Below are positions 25,942 to 39,996 of a stretch of DNA of 64,000 nucleotides, one piece after another. Both the position numbers and the translations under genes were made by a program. This stretch comes from Octopus bimaculoides (Eukaryota), in NCBI RefSeq assembly GCF_001194135.2, contig NC_068998.1, positions 48,724,225 through 48,788,224 on the forward strand, given 5' to 3'. How positions within the stretch are numbered: position 1 is the first letter of the stretch; every line of letters starts with the position of its first letter. The notes under the pieces were generated by a model. It was not told where the DNA came from. It searched no databases and was given only the letters and a program-made list of their open reading frames with translations.

Positions 25942-26628
25942 ATGAATCCTTCCGTCCGTCACATGAGTATTTCCGAAGAACGGGTGACCCACCAGTCGAT
26001 CGTGTCCGCCCTCAGCAACTTCGTTACAGCCGTCAACCACATGGACTCAACAGTCATGATACCGAGCCGGCTCAGAGACATGGAGGTTTTGCAGGAATCG
26101 AACCCCATCATTAACTCGAACTCTGACCCGTATCATTCTTACAGCGCCCCGCCGTCTCCTTCAGCTTCGATCTCCAGCATCCCAGCTCTGAGCGTTAACC
26201 TGAAATTGAAACCGCACAACCAGCGCCGGTATTCTGCGGAGCAGAGCACCCTGATGGGCACCGGTTCCGATGCGAAGAACTTGTACAACTTCTACAGCAT
26301 GTTGAAGGCCATCAAACAAGAAGTGACCTGTGGGAACCTGGAAGATGACTGTCTGGAGTCTCCGACGGAGCAAGACCGCGATCAAGACCAAGAAGTGGAC
26401 TCCACATCGACAATGGATATCTCCGACGAAGACGATTGCGCGTCTGTGGGTTCGAATAGCAGTGGCAGCGAAGAGTTACCAAGAAATGTGGCCAATTCGT
26501 TTAAGTTTCACCTCCGTGGATTATTTAACCTGTTGCAGGATTTTACAGAAACGGCGAAATATCTCTCCCATAGGTATGAGAATGAAGTCGGTTCCAGTCA
26601 GGCTAACAAAATACTATCTCAGTTTTAA
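25942..26628 (+). CDS. MID1IP1: Spot14-family protein (MID1-interacting protein 1 / Mig12 / THRSP-like), 228 aa, intronless coding region
   Basis: ATG 25942 to TAA 26626-28. All three Spot14 blocks are present in order: SIVSALSNFVTAVNHMDSTVMIPSRLRDM, LYNFYSMLKAIKQEV and FKFHLRGLFNLLQDFTETAKYLSHRYENEVG. From memory, vertebrate Mig12 has [44 protein letters not shown] and [31 protein letters not shown]. The sequence is GC- and CpG-rich and coding-like. MID1IP1 versus THRSP orthology cannot be resolved without a tree. Confidence 0.93.
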   Translation: MNPSVRHMSISEERVTHQSIVSALSNFVTAVNHMDSTVMIPSRLRDMEVLQESNPIINSNSDPYHSYSAPPSPSASISSIPALSVNLKLKPHNQRRYSAEQSTLMGTGSDAKNLYNFYSMLKAIKQEVTCGNLEDDCLESPTEQDRDQDQEVDSTSTMDISDEDDCASVGSNSSGSEELPRNVANSFKFHLRGLFNLLQDFTETAKYLSHRYENEVGSSQANKILSQF

Positions 26629-26795
26629 TGAGCCTGCATGCTCTTTTGTAAACTGTAACAATTATGGATAATGTTTAAAAAAATAATAATAGTAATAATA
26701 ACAGTAGTGGTGTTGATGGAGATGATGATTCTACGAATGGGTGTTGTATTAACTTCATTCTATAATTTATTTCAACCCCCCAAAACTATCGGCTT

Positions 26796-26834
<39 letters not shown>

Positions 26835-26839
<5 letters not shown>

Positions 26840-27060
26840 TGAAGTATATATACATGAATATATGTACACATGAAGTATATATACATGAATATATGTACAC
26901 ATGAATTATATATACATGGATATATGTACACATGAATTATATATACATGGATATATATGTACACATGAATTATATATACATGGATATATATGTACACATG
27001 AATTATATATACATGGAGATATATATATATATATACACATGAAGTATATATATATATATA
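26835..27060. repeat. Minisatellite of about 7 units, 31-33 bp (ACACATGAA(G/T)TATATATACATG(A/G)ATATATGT)
   Basis: Unit starts at 26835, 26866, 26897, 26928, 26961, 26994 and 27035. Confidence 0.9.
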
Positions 27061-27427
27061 TATATATGTATGGATATATATATATATATGTATGTATATA
27101 CTACACAAAAACACTCATCCCAAATCAATACCACCTCCACACAGCTAGTAACAGCAACTACGACCAAATCATACTGAAAAACCTGCACTCACTTTTTTTT
27201 TCATCACAAGAAAATTTAACAAACAACACAACCAACTTGATGTATTTGACTTTCGAGTTTGTTCTTTATTACAAACTTGACAGATTTGTGTTTTCAATAC
27301 ATAAGACCAACACACATCCACAGGTTATGTGCGCATATGTATGCTTGCTTCTCCCTACACCTACATGGTGACAGTAGAACGTAACCTATAAAACTCACCT
27401 AGATACATAGACATTACACACACGCAC

Positions 27428-27484
<57 letters not shown>

Positions 27485-29266
27485 ACATGCTTGCACATAA
27501 ATACAAACACGGATGATGAAAAAATATAAAAAGCTAAAGACAGCCACCCACTCATTAAGACACATTCAAGACAATACATACATATAATTGAAAAACCTTT
27601 ATAGTTACAAAAAACCTAAATAGCTGCAGGTAAATAAAACCACCTTAATTACTCACATATAGATGCTTTCACATAAATGTGCATACAACCCTTCCCTTCC
27701 ATACAAGTACATGCACCCACCCATTGTTCATTCTCGGGTAATATGTTCTAGTTATTTAAATGACGAAACAACTAATTTGCCTTTTAATTATTGCAATATT
27801 TCCTTGCGTTTTGTTTTGTTCTCTTTTTTTTTTTTTTTTTTTTTTTTNNNNNNNNNNNNNNNNNNNNNNNNNNNNNNNNNNNNNNNNNNNNNNNNNNNNN
27901 NNNNNNNNNNNNNNNNNNNNNNNNNNNNNNNNNNNNNNNNNNNNNNNNNNNNNNNNNNNNNNNNNNNNNNNNNNNNNNNNNNNNNNNNNNNNNNNNNNNN
28001 NNNNNNNNNNNNNNNNNNNNNNNNNNNNNNNNNNNNNNNNNNNNNNNNNNNNNNNNNNNNNNNNNNNNNNNNNNNNNNNNNNNNNNNNNNNNNNNNNNNN
28101 NNNNNNNNNNNNNNNNNNNNNNNNNNNNNNNNNNNNNNNNNNNNNNNNNNNNNNNNNNNNNNNNNNNNNNNNNNNNNNNNNNNNNNNNNNNNNNNNNNNN
28201 NNNNNNNNNNNNNNNNNNNNNNNNNNNNNNNNNNNNNNNNNNNNNNNNNNNNNNNNNNNNNNNNNNNNNNNNNNNNNNNNNNNNNNNNNNNNNNNNNNNN
28301 NNNNNNNNNNNNNNNNNNNNNNNNNNNNNNNNNNNNNNNNNNNNNNNNNNNNNNNNNNNNNNNNNNNNNNNNNNNNNNNNNNNNNNNNATCAAACATGCA
28401 ACCATATATATATATATATATATAACAATAATAATATTAGGGACAAAATCCAAAATTACAGGTAAAAGCCCAATTAAAATCAATTTATAAAAAATTAAAA
28501 TTAAATTGAGCTTTACAGAGCTTTTTAATTTTCCTATATGTGACAGGATTTTCATCGATGAGTTCATGAACCTTGGTTCTTTTCCCTAAAACTATATATT
28601 TATATATATATATATATGTATACATATACATACCATTCACCCATAACTGTCTGGCCTTGAGCATAGCCTAATAATAATAATTAAATAGATTTCATGGGTA
28701 GTGGAGGTTGTCGTGTTAGCAACAAAATTCTCGGTGAATCGCATCCGCGACCCAGTTTCAAAATTGCCTGTTGAAACTCTTAATGTACGTCGCTCGTCCT
28801 TGAGAAAGCAATAAACTTCATGCTCCCCACCAAAATATGCCTCCCCCCTTTAAAATAAATATATGAAATTAATAAAAACAATTCCATGTCTTTCATCCTT
28901 CCCTATCGATAATAATTTATTCTAAACCAGGGTGTGGCTTTTTGTCCTACACGGGAGTTATCGGACTTTTAGATTTTTCCTTTACCTTTCTTTCCCTGTA
29001 TGTATGTGTGTGTGTGTGTATATATATATTATATGGAATATACGTGTTATATATATATATATGTAATAATTGTGTGTGTATATATACACTCTATCCATGT
29101 AAAATATCCATGTGTGTATATATATATATATATATAAACTTGTGTGTGCATAATATATATCCACATACACGTATATATACAATCTGTGTATATATATATA
29201 TATGTGTGTGTGTGTATAATATATATACAATCTATACATGTAAAATATTCATGTGCATATAGTATG

Positions 29267-29299
<33 letters not shown>

Positions 29300-32200
29300 G
29301 CGTGTCTGTGTATAATATATATACACATATATGCAATCTATACATGTAAAATATCCATGNNNNNNNNNNTGTATGTATATATTAATATGTATGTATGTGT
29401 GTATATATATATATATATGATATATACACGCACAATCTATACATATAAAATATCCGTGTGTGTTTGTCCTCCAAGACTACCAGTGTTGTTTGATGTATTT
29501 TGTGGGTCCTGTGCTCTGGGTCCCTCATCTTTGCCGTTACCATTCCGAAATATTTCTACATGAGGTGGAACTAGATTCCCTCTAAGCTGTGTTGTAATTA
29601 TGCTAAAAGAGCAGTGCTACCAATCTGTCTCAAAGTGATGTATTTATTTAATTATTCATTACTTATACTGGAGACCTAGTGGAAGGTCGATAGAATTAGT
29701 ATTAGTCAAAATACCGGGTTCTACTTGATATCGATTAAACAAACTTTTCCTTCGTCGACAAAGTTAGGAATTATTGTTTGGTAATATTCTATATAGATGT
29801 GTAATAATGCTGACCCAAATCTTTTGCCATATAAATAATGTATAAACTCGGCAACGATGCATTTTCTTATGACTTCTCGTTTATGTGATGTAATGTTCTC
29901 ACCTACATCGGCACTACATAGCAACCATCACTGGTTCTTCTCTGTTACCCTTCAAGATTAAGTTTTATTATTGTTGAGGCTTATTACTGAGCACTACTCA
30001 CAACAGTATGAAAACTAAGGTGTGTGTGTGTGTGTGTGTGTGTTTTTTTTCCTATTGAAGGACGATATTCAAGAGCTGTCGGTAAGATACTTAACAAGGA
30101 ATTGCGGGAGTGTCGAATGATAGCTCCTAGAGGCTATAATGGGTTATTGTAGGTTGGCGTTACGAGAAAGATGTTAGAATGTAAAAAGAAAAAAATATTA
30201 TTAGGTGTCAAAGTAATCATTTGAGTGAGTATCTTTACTAACTCCACTTCTTGGCGTGTTCTTGATGGATTACAAAAGCACAATTTTAAACGTTGGGTGA
30301 TAAGAGATAAAAGTGCCCGGAGGTTAGCGTAATTTTGTTTTCTGAAAGTATTTGATTAGTTTGTTAATTAAAATAGGAAGCTAAATTTAAAGCGAAGCTG
30401 GCATGCCAAATATTTATTACTCAATGTCTGTTCATTGGAAATAGATATTTATGCACTATACGCTGTCCTTGCTACGTCTGGTAACTATAGTTCTGGGTCA
30501 ATCACTCTTAGCTCTCAGCATGTCCAGTCTACCATCAAGCAACCAACTTTTAGATTCTTAGTTAAAGCTGTCGTCGTTAATACCATTCAGACAGACATAA
30601 TATCACTCATAGCTTCTAATAAATCTTTAATCTCGTTACTGAGGAAGGAAGAAATAAATAAATAGTATTCCTGTTTGCGTTCTTTTCCTTTCTCATCTTC
30701 TCTTCCCCATTGTTTAATAAAGACACTTGTATTACAGATGTTAGGGAATGCTCAATTCTACAAGAACCAACAAAGCCTTTTAATTTCCTCTATTTTTATT
30801 AAGAAGTCTGCAAATCCAGATATAACTTCGTCGCTACTGTTTCAACGGATTCCTAAAATGTTTTGGATCTAATTTCATTGGACTCTCTTCCTAGCCAAAC
30901 AGCAACATGTTTGTATCTATGATCTGAACTACAAACAAATATAAAATAAATGTAACTATGACAGTCTATATTTAACAGACGTATTGATTAGAAAAAAAGA
31001 AGCCAACCCTTTCTGGGGGATGGATAATATATAGTACCAGTGAAGTATTTAAGGCAATTTTTTTTATCTTACCCCCTCAAATGTGAGGCCGTGTGCTTGT
31101 GTTTAGAAACCAATATTTCAGGTTGAGCCAGTAGCAGAGGTTTATGCTTGAAAACGCAGTTCCTCAAATAATTTAATATGTAATAGATTCTGGATATTTT
31201 TGTTTTGTTTTGATGTTCCAATGAAGTCCAGCTACTGTTAATATTAAGGGACTAATCGTCATTAGAATAAAAGAAAGCAGATCTGGAGGAATTTATTCAT
31301 ACACAGCTCAAACAATTGTTATTGGTTCCTTTGGTATGGCGCTTTGATCTCTGCATGGTTTAATGCTTATGAATGTCAATGCAAATCCATCAAATCTTTG
31401 AGACATCACTGATGACATACACAGCCTTGTCTTCTAACTCTGCACCCTTACAAGGTACACCTAATGAACAGGTGGACTGCACTGTAAATGTTTGTTTGAG
31501 GCTCACTGATTTGAGTGAGCCGTTGTGAGACAAAAGTCTTTTTCTAAAGACATGATGCAACCCCCATCCTCCTCCCCCGTCAAAACTTGACATCCCTACC
31601 GTAATAGAAAAAACCCTGTTTATTATTCTCCTGTCTTTGACTGTGATATTTTCACTACAGGGAAACCCCTCTCCCAACAAATCTAAATACTTGCTCAGTG
31701 GAACCGGTGTCCTTTTTAAAGTTTCCCAAGTTTAGTTTTTATAATTTTCATCGTCATTGTAGGCGGTGGTTGTTTAGTCCCCCCCCCCCTCATCCTCAAT
31801 CTGTTCTGGTTAAATAACTAGACACAGGCGCTCAATCTTTAACTTGCCCCTTTTTTTTTCTTTTTTTTTACACGCATAATGTATGTAGGATATATTTTAT
31901 CCCCCTCCCTCTTTTTTTTTTTAGGGAGTTTACCTTGTATTTGCCGCATTCCCTTGTTGGCTCTTTATATAGAAAAACTTCTTGGTGAAGATGGATCATG
32001 TCTTATTTTCCCCGTCATAACCAGTTTACTACAAACATAGCCGTTAAATTGGTAATCTCGATAGTTTATCTACTTCTTTGTTGTTATTTCTCAAATTAAA
32101 TGCTGCTAATTAAAACAACTATTTAGTAATTAAAACACAACCCTCTATATTTAGCTGTCCTATCAAAATATAAGTGACCCTGTACCTGATTAATTCGTGT

Positions 32201-33946
32201 CATGTCTAACAACATGCTGTCAGCCTGTCGATTGAATTGTTGCACTTAAGTTACTAAATGTCTATTCATAAAGCAGGTGGGAAAGAAAATATAAATTAGC
32301 CGACTTAACGACAGTGTATTACTGGTATCTATTTAAATACGTTTGCAAGAATGAGCTATAGTATGTGAAATATGAGGAGGAACATAACTGAAAAGCTTAC
32401 GATTTACGTTGCTTTTTCTCCCTCTGTTCCCATTTTCCTTTCACTCGTTGTACTTTGTACTCTTTTGCTAACCACGAATTTAATTAAGGGCTAAGTTGTC
32501 ATGACTTTATCGTCTGCTGTTGCAAACTAGGAATTGTAGGATCAATTTCAACTGATTGCTTTCACATTAAGCTTTCATTTTATCTCTCAGTAAATTGAGT
32601 GAAATAATTTTAAAACCTTCATATTTGAGACCTAAAAAATTTCCCTCCCACTTATTTTTTTTTTACTCTATCACATTGTTCATGTTTAATTCTTTTATAG
32701 TGGATTCTGTTTACCCCCCCCCCTCTTTTTCCAGCTATTGAACCATAATACACATGACAGCTAAATTTTATGTTTTTTTTTTTTTTTTTTCTTTGCCCAA
32801 AACAAAAGAAAAATAAGCAAGTTGAATAAAATGCAAATGTATTGTTTCTGAAGGATGCTAGTACATATCTATATACCACCTCCTTTATTTCTTTCCCTTT
32901 ATATCTGTATGTATGTATATATATATATATATATATATACATATAGTATATAATACATTTATATCTTGAAAGAAAACAAAAAAAATATATCTATATATTC
33001 GTTGCAGTTTTTCTGGTTACCTTCGTTTAATCTGAACGACTGCAAGNNNNNNNNNNNNNNNNNNNNNNNNNNNNNNNNNNNNNNNNNNNNNNNNNNNNNN
33101 NNNNNNNNNNNNNNNNNNNNNNNNNNNNNNNNNNNNNNNNNNNNNNNNNNNNNNNNNNNNNNNNNNNNNNNNNNNNNNNNNNNNNNNNNNNNNNNNNNNN
33201 NNNNNNNNNNNNNNNNNNNNNNNNNNNNNNNNNNNNNNNNNNNNNNNNNNNNNATAAAAATATTTCTCAGATGAGAGAATATTTATTGCTTTTACTCTAA
33301 TGCTGAATCTCAGAGTTTTGCTATCTTCTTTTCATGTTTTCTGTTTTTTTTTGTTTTTTTTTTAAGAATAAATATTCTTTCACTAAAATTGGAGAAAAAA
33401 AAAAAAAATTTGTTGTTGATTTATTATTTTTTTTTCTACTTAGAACCTTCCTCTTTCAGACATGTTTTTTTTTTTTTCAAATCCTTGAGAGTAGTTTTGT
33501 TACTGTCGACTCATTTTTCAGTTTATTTCTGATCCTTTTTCATTTGCCCTGAGTCTATACACCCCCCCCCACACACACACACTTGACATATTTCCCTAGG
33601 CAGAGTTTGAACTTTGAAACTTTAATAACTAATTCATGGTTAAAACTCTATAAAAATCTCAGCAGATTTACACCTGCGTGTCCATGCTAGCTTGGGTTGG
33701 ATAGATTTTTTTGTTTCTTGAGGCACTGTTTAACAGCCAAATGCCTTTCCTATTTTATTGCTTTTTATGACATGCAGAGATGTGGTGTATCCATTCTAAA
33801 GCAAGGGTTAAGATGCGTGTGCATGTGTAATATGTAACTTCCATCCATGTATACTCCCTACACTGTAGTCTACAGCAAGACACCTGTTCTGTCACATGTT
33901 CACTTCTCAAAACCTGGTGGATGCAAAAACCACTACTTTCTCTGCT

Positions 33947-34003
33947 ACTTTAAAAAAAGCCCTATGATCAGTAAATTTACTGATCATAGGGCTTTTTTAA
34001 AGT
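33947..34003. repeat. Spacer-less palindrome (46 bp perfect, 57 bp with one bulge)
   Basis: AAAAAAGCCCTATGATCAGTAAA|TTTACTGATCATAGGGCTTTTTT at 33953-33998. Confidence 0.95.
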
Positions 34004-34812
34004 TTTTTCTGCCTTGCAAGTTACATAATATTTTCATAAATGCTAGTGCCCCACACACACACAAAGGTACCCAGTACACTTCTGTAGAGTGAATGGCGTT
34101 AAGGTATCTAAGCAGACATTGAAGCTTGATGCAGTCCTTCGGCTGATCAGATACTGTTGAGCCATCTAACTTATTGCTAGCATGGAAGACGATGTTAAAT
34201 AATGATGGTAATAAATGTTTGTGTGTATGTGTGTTTTATTTAGGAACAACAGGAAGTCCTAAATACATAGAATTCATTCTGTCAGAGCTACTCCAAGCTT
34301 TGTTTCCACAGAAACAGAAAACTGAGAGTAGCAACGGAAAGGAGTCTCTGCTTTGAATATGTGGTTTGAAGGTAGGACCGATTAAAACCTGATGTGGTAC
34401 TACAGTCTGGTGAATGATATTTAGCATTGTGTATTTGGTAGTTTGGTCTCCTAACACCATTGGGTGATTGGAACATCCTTTGTAATCCATGTTCATGTTG
34501 TTTAGCCCCAGGTCAACTGTGATCAAGCAGAGATGATCATAAGCATTCAAGCCATGATCATACCATCTATTTTAAAGTTCTACAAGACCACATCCTTTTA
34601 TGATTTTTAAAATGGTGTGGAGAGATTTGACTGCTGTTTCAAGCGAATGGGTTCCTTTGGGTAATTTTCATTCATATTCTTTACCAATAGTAGGATACAG
34701 AGGGAATTGTACCCCCTCTCTCTTTGCCAGCTATAGGCAGGGAGTGAATTTGACTTCTGTATTGGCAAACCGATCATTTAGCAATTATTCACTAACTTCA
34801 TATTGACTATAT

Positions 34813-34846
<34 letters not shown>

Positions 34847-34848
<2 letters not shown>

Positions 34849-35134
34849 AGTGAGATCGTTGCCAGTGCCGCTGGACTGGCTCCTGTGCAGGTGGCAATTG
34901 AAATACACCATTTTGAGTGTGGCCATTGCCAGTACCACCTGACTGGCCTTCATGCTGGTGGCACGTAAAAGCACCCACTACACTCTCTGAGTGGTTGGTG
35001 TTAGGAAGGGCATCCAGCTGTAGAAACTCTGCCAAATCAGATTGGAGCCTGGTGTAGCCATCTGGTTCACCAGTCCTCAGTCGAATCGTCCAACCCATGC
35101 TAGCATGGAAAGCGGACGCTAAACGATGATGATG
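34847..35134 (+). mobile_element. Family D element
   Basis: Colinear with the 1967 copy from GAG.GAGATCGTTGCCAGT to the (ATG)n tail. Confidence 0.85.
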
Positions 35135-36301
35135 TGTATACTAGTGAGTGAACAAATGAAAGAAAGCAGCTCTCAAGACTTGGTCGGAGCTTCTAGACTG
35201 AAAAGATGGATGTGTCCAATGCTCCCATGAAACTCTAAGTCGTGTGGAGTTGTGAAACCGTTATTAAAATAGATATGTAGGCTAAGCTAATGAGAACTTC
35301 AGTCTTTTAGCATTTGAACTAGCCATATCCGGCCCAAATATTCTACCTGTTTTATGTGCAAACTGTTCAGATCTGGCCTCTTAGACTTATCCTGAAATGT
35401 TATTCTAAAAAGAAACAATCACTTCATTGAAATTTTGAAGCTTCAGGATAATGTGTGATTAATACAAAATAATGTGATTAAATAAGCTTTAGATTTCACA
35501 GAATAATCTGAATGCTAAAGGGTTAAAATTTTTTTCATTCTTATTAATCGACCCAAAGGAGTTACGGCCGTGTCCAAGACTATTTTCCAAACCTGTATGA
35601 TAGGAGGAAGGAAGTTCTCTCCTCTGACCAAAGGCCTGGTCCAAATACTTACAACAGAGTAATCTCTGCTAAAAGTACCCAAGGTCCAGGTGGTGCTTTT
35701 AAAGTGGGGCCAGGCCAGGTTATGTCTACCACCTAAGAACAGAAATCGACTTTCTGATGGGCTTCTGTACACTCTCTGCCGAATTTCACTCACAAGGCTT
35801 TGGTCAACCCGAAACTATGCCAGATGTTTGTCCAAGGTACTGTGTGATGGGATCAAACCTGAGACCATGTAGTTTCAATACCAGCTTCTTTACCACATGA
35901 CCATGCCTGTGTCACTTTTACATTTAAATAAAGGATTTCAAGTTACACTTATGGTCATGTTAGATGGTTTCTTTTTATTTTAAGGGAGTCCCAATATATC
36001 TCTGTCTCTTTTTTTTCTATTTATTATTTAAGATTGAAAAAGAGAATTTATTAAAATCCCTAATATTTAATACTTCTGATTCAACCTGCTGAAACCAATT
36101 ATTTTCCTCCTACATGACAAAACTCTTAATCTTGAAGTGTTCATAATGAATGAAGGCAGTGCTCGGTGCCTTCTCTAGAAGCATTTTGGTAATGATAAAC
36201 TAAAACAAAAACCCATTGGAATTAAAAGCCTTCCACCACAATTATATGTAAGAACTAAGTTAAGGCTATACACACAACCACATATATATATATCTTCGTC
36301 A

Positions 36302-36664
36302 TGTTACTCCATTGGTTATGACGATAAGGGTTCCAGTTGATCCGATCAACGGAACAGTCTGCTTGTGAAATTAACATGCAAGTGGCTGAGCACTCCACAG
36401 ACACGTGTACCCTTAACGTAGTCCTCGGGGCGATTCAGCGTGACACAGAGTGTGACAAGGCTGGCCCTTTTTTGAAATACAGGTACAACACAAAAACAGG
36501 AAGAAAGTTGTGGTGAAAGAGTACAGCAGGGTTCGCCACCGACCCCTGCTGGAGCCTCGTGGAGCTTAAGCCCAATAAAGACTCGCAACACCTGGTCTGG
36601 GAATCAAAACCGCGATCCTATGACCATGAGTCCGCTGCCCTAACTACTGGGCCATTGCACCTCT
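36302..36664 (-). mobile_element. SINE family B (diverged, internal deletion)
   Basis: The reverse complement of the family B head and tail is recognisable along the whole interval. Confidence 0.85.
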
Positions 36665-39085
36665 TTCTTTCTCTTTCTCTCTCTCTCTCTATATATAAAT
36701 AATCAACAAAATGCATATTATGAATAAAGTCATTAATTCCTCCAAATGATGTCCAGGTTAATTGAAGCAGCATATTTCATCTGACACGTGGTCATAAAAG
36801 AGTTGTTTTTTGAAATTAGAAATAAATTATAATTTATTCAGTGTGGCACCTTGTGTTAGACTGTCATGTGTTCAGGGGGTGGGGGGTTATTAATGGCTTT
36901 TATCAAGCTGGCAGAACCATTAGCATGCCAGGCGAAATGCTTAGCAGTATTTCACCTGTTGCTACATTCTGAGTTCAAATTCCACCTGTTGCTACATTCT
37001 GAGTTCAAATTCCACCGAGATCCACTTTGCCTTTCATCCTTTCAGGGTTGATAAAAGATAAAATTAGTACCTGTTGAGCATTGGGGTAGATGTAATTTAC
37101 TATCCCCCTATCTCCAAATTTCAGGCCTTGTGCCTATAATAGAAAGGATTATTTTTATTATTATTGTTATTATTATTATTAGCTGTGGGTTACAAACAAA
37201 CCTTTGGACTTATAAAATCCAGTGTTCATATCTATAAATCTATCCTGGCACTTGTTGACAGTTAATCTATTCTACACATAACATATATATAAAGTTAATT
37301 TTATACACGCATATATAATACTTGAGAGTTAATTTATATTTATATTGAATACATGAAAGTTAAATTTATATATATAAAGCTAATTTTATTGACACACACA
37401 CATATATACATACATACATATATATATATATATAAAAATTTAATGAATGGACTAAAACACATATGTTAACTGCATTAAATTTTTATATATACTCAAGTAC
37501 CCAAAATATCAAGGAGTTTCTANNNNNNNNNNNNNNNNNNNNNNNNNNNNNNNNNNNNNNNNNNNNNNNNNNNNNNNNNNNNNNNNNNNNNNNNNNNNNN
37601 NNNNNNNNNNNNNNNNNNNNNNNNNNNNNNNNNNNNNNNNNNNNNNNNNNNNNNNNNNNNNNNNNNNNNNNNNNNNNNNNNNNNNNNNNNNNNNNNNNNN
37701 NNNNNNNNNNNNNNNNNNNNNNNNNNNNNNNNNNNNNNNNNNNNNNNNNNNNNNNNNNNNNNNNNNNNNNNNNNNNNNNNNNNNNNNNNNATGATACTTG
37801 AAAGTTAATTTTATCTATATTATATTTATACTGAATACTTGAAACTTAAATTTATATATATAGTGCAGATATGGAATACTTGAAAGCTAATTTTATACAT
37901 ACACGCATTTATAAATGTGTATATCTCTGCAAGTGATGACGACAGTGATGTCCTACCCATGCCAGCATGGAAAGCCAATGTAAAATGATATATATTATAC
38001 ACTTGAAAGCCAGTTTAACAGACAGACAGGTGATCTTGAAATGCTGTGTCATTCTGGAAAAACAAAAAAAACCATGTTCATACTGTATTCATTTATAACA
38101 ATATGTTATGTGTACTCAGCATAGTCTCATGTCTTAACATGGTATTTAAAATATGCTTTATAGTATTGTGTACAAATATACTATATAGTACTTTTATATA
38201 CAATGTATATTTTTTAAATGTATGTATGTATGTGCATATACATACACACACAGGCAAACAACCAGCTGTTGGCAACCACTTGAGGTTTTCATTTTTTTTT
38301 ATTTTTTTTAATTAGGTTTATTTGTCATGCTGCTGTCTTTCATAAATGCATGAATGTCATTGAATCCTCCTTCTCTCCCTGCTCATGAAAACTACTCTCT
38401 TACCATCAGGTTTTCAAAAAATGTTACTGGATATTTTTTTTTTTGTTTTATTTTGTATGCTTTAGAAAGAATAAAACTATTTTATTTTACCATTATATAT
38501 TTGTGTGTTTTATCATATATGATTTATTGTTTTAACCTATTTCATTTCAGCATTCTTACTTACACCCATNNNNNNNNNNNNNNNNNNNNNNNNNNNNNNN
38601 NNNNNNNNNNNNNNNNNNNNNNNNNNNNNNNNNNNNNNNNNNNNNNNNNNNNNNNNNNNNNNNNNNNNNNNNNNNNNNNNNNNNNNNNNNNNNNNNNNNN
38701 NNNNNNNNNNNNNNNNNNNNNNNNNNNNNNNNNNNNNNNNNNNNNNNNNNNNNNNNNNNNNNNNNNNNNNNNNNNNNNNNNNNNNNNNNNNNNNNNNNNN
38801 NNNNNNNNNNNNNNNNNNNNNNNNNNNNNNNNNNNNNNNNNNNNNNNNNNNNNNNNNNNNNNNNNNNNNNNNNNNNNNNNNNNNNNNNNNNNNNNNNNNN
38901 NNNNNNNNNNNNNNNNNNNNNNNNNNNNNNNNNNNNNNNNNNNNNNNNNNNNNNNNNNNNNNNNNNNNNNNNNNNNNNNNNNNNNNNNNNNNNNNNNNNN
39001 NNNNNNNNNNNNNNNNNNNNNNNNNNNNNNNNNNNNNNNNNNNNNNNNNNNNNNNNNNNNNNNNNNNNNNNNNNNNNNNNNNNNN

Positions 39086-39428
39086 NGTGGGTTCCAGTTG
39101 ATCCGATCAACGGAACAGCCTGCTCGTGAAATTAATGTGCAAGTGGCTGAGCACTCCACAGACACGTGTACCCTTAACGTAGTCCTCGGGGATATTCAGC
39201 ATGACACAGAGTGTGACAAGGCTGACCCTTTGAATTACAGGCACAACAGAAACAGGAAGTAAGAGTGAGAGAAAGTTGTGGTGAAAGAGTACAGCAGGGT
39301 TCGCCACCATCCCCTGCCGGAGCCTTGTGGAGCTTTAGGTGTTTTCGCTCAATAAACACTCACAACGCCCGGTCTGGGAATCGAAACTGCAAGTCCGCTG
39401 CCCTAACCACTGGGCCATTGTACCTCCA
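39086..39428 (-). mobile_element. SINE family B (3' end lost in the N gap)
   Basis: Reverse complement of family B; the head ends at ...CCATTGTACCTCCA. Confidence 0.88.
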
Positions 39429-39996
39429 CACTCTCTGTCCTATTCCCCTATTACCCTCCTTAGTCATCTGAGCAAATGGACACACCCAAGGCTATTGACC
39501 ACTCTACCCTCCCTTTCATGTCCTTCCTTCTCAGCTATCCATTCTGGCCTTTCTACTGCCCTTGCTTTGTGACTTGTTCCCCTCCTCAGTCTACGAGGTG
39601 CATTCCAGAAGTTGTGAGACTTTTGTAACTGTAATTTTAGTCTATTGCTACTATACATCTAATAAGCTGACCTGCCAACGTTTGTAATTCCAGATTGGAG
39701 GAGATACCTGTAACACCGCTTTGAGAACAACCTACTAAACACTGCTGGTCACAGTTGACCAGTTTGCAGAATGCGGTCACAGTTTGAAAATAATTTGGAA
39801 GTTCACTTGTAATAGATATCTGTGTTAACCCTTTCGTTGCCAACCCAGCTGAAACCACCTCTGGTTCTGTAGTACAAATGTCTTGTTTTCATAAGTTTTG
39901 AATTAAAATCTTCCAGCAAACCTTAGTCACCATTTATGTTCCTAATTACTAGCTTAATGATAACGAAGATATTTTACTAAATTCTTTGTTATACTC

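Noticed and set aside
26161-26671. Overlapping ORFs on other frames and strand of MID1IP1
   Set aside because: These are shadow ORFs of a GC-rich coding region with no recognisable motifs.
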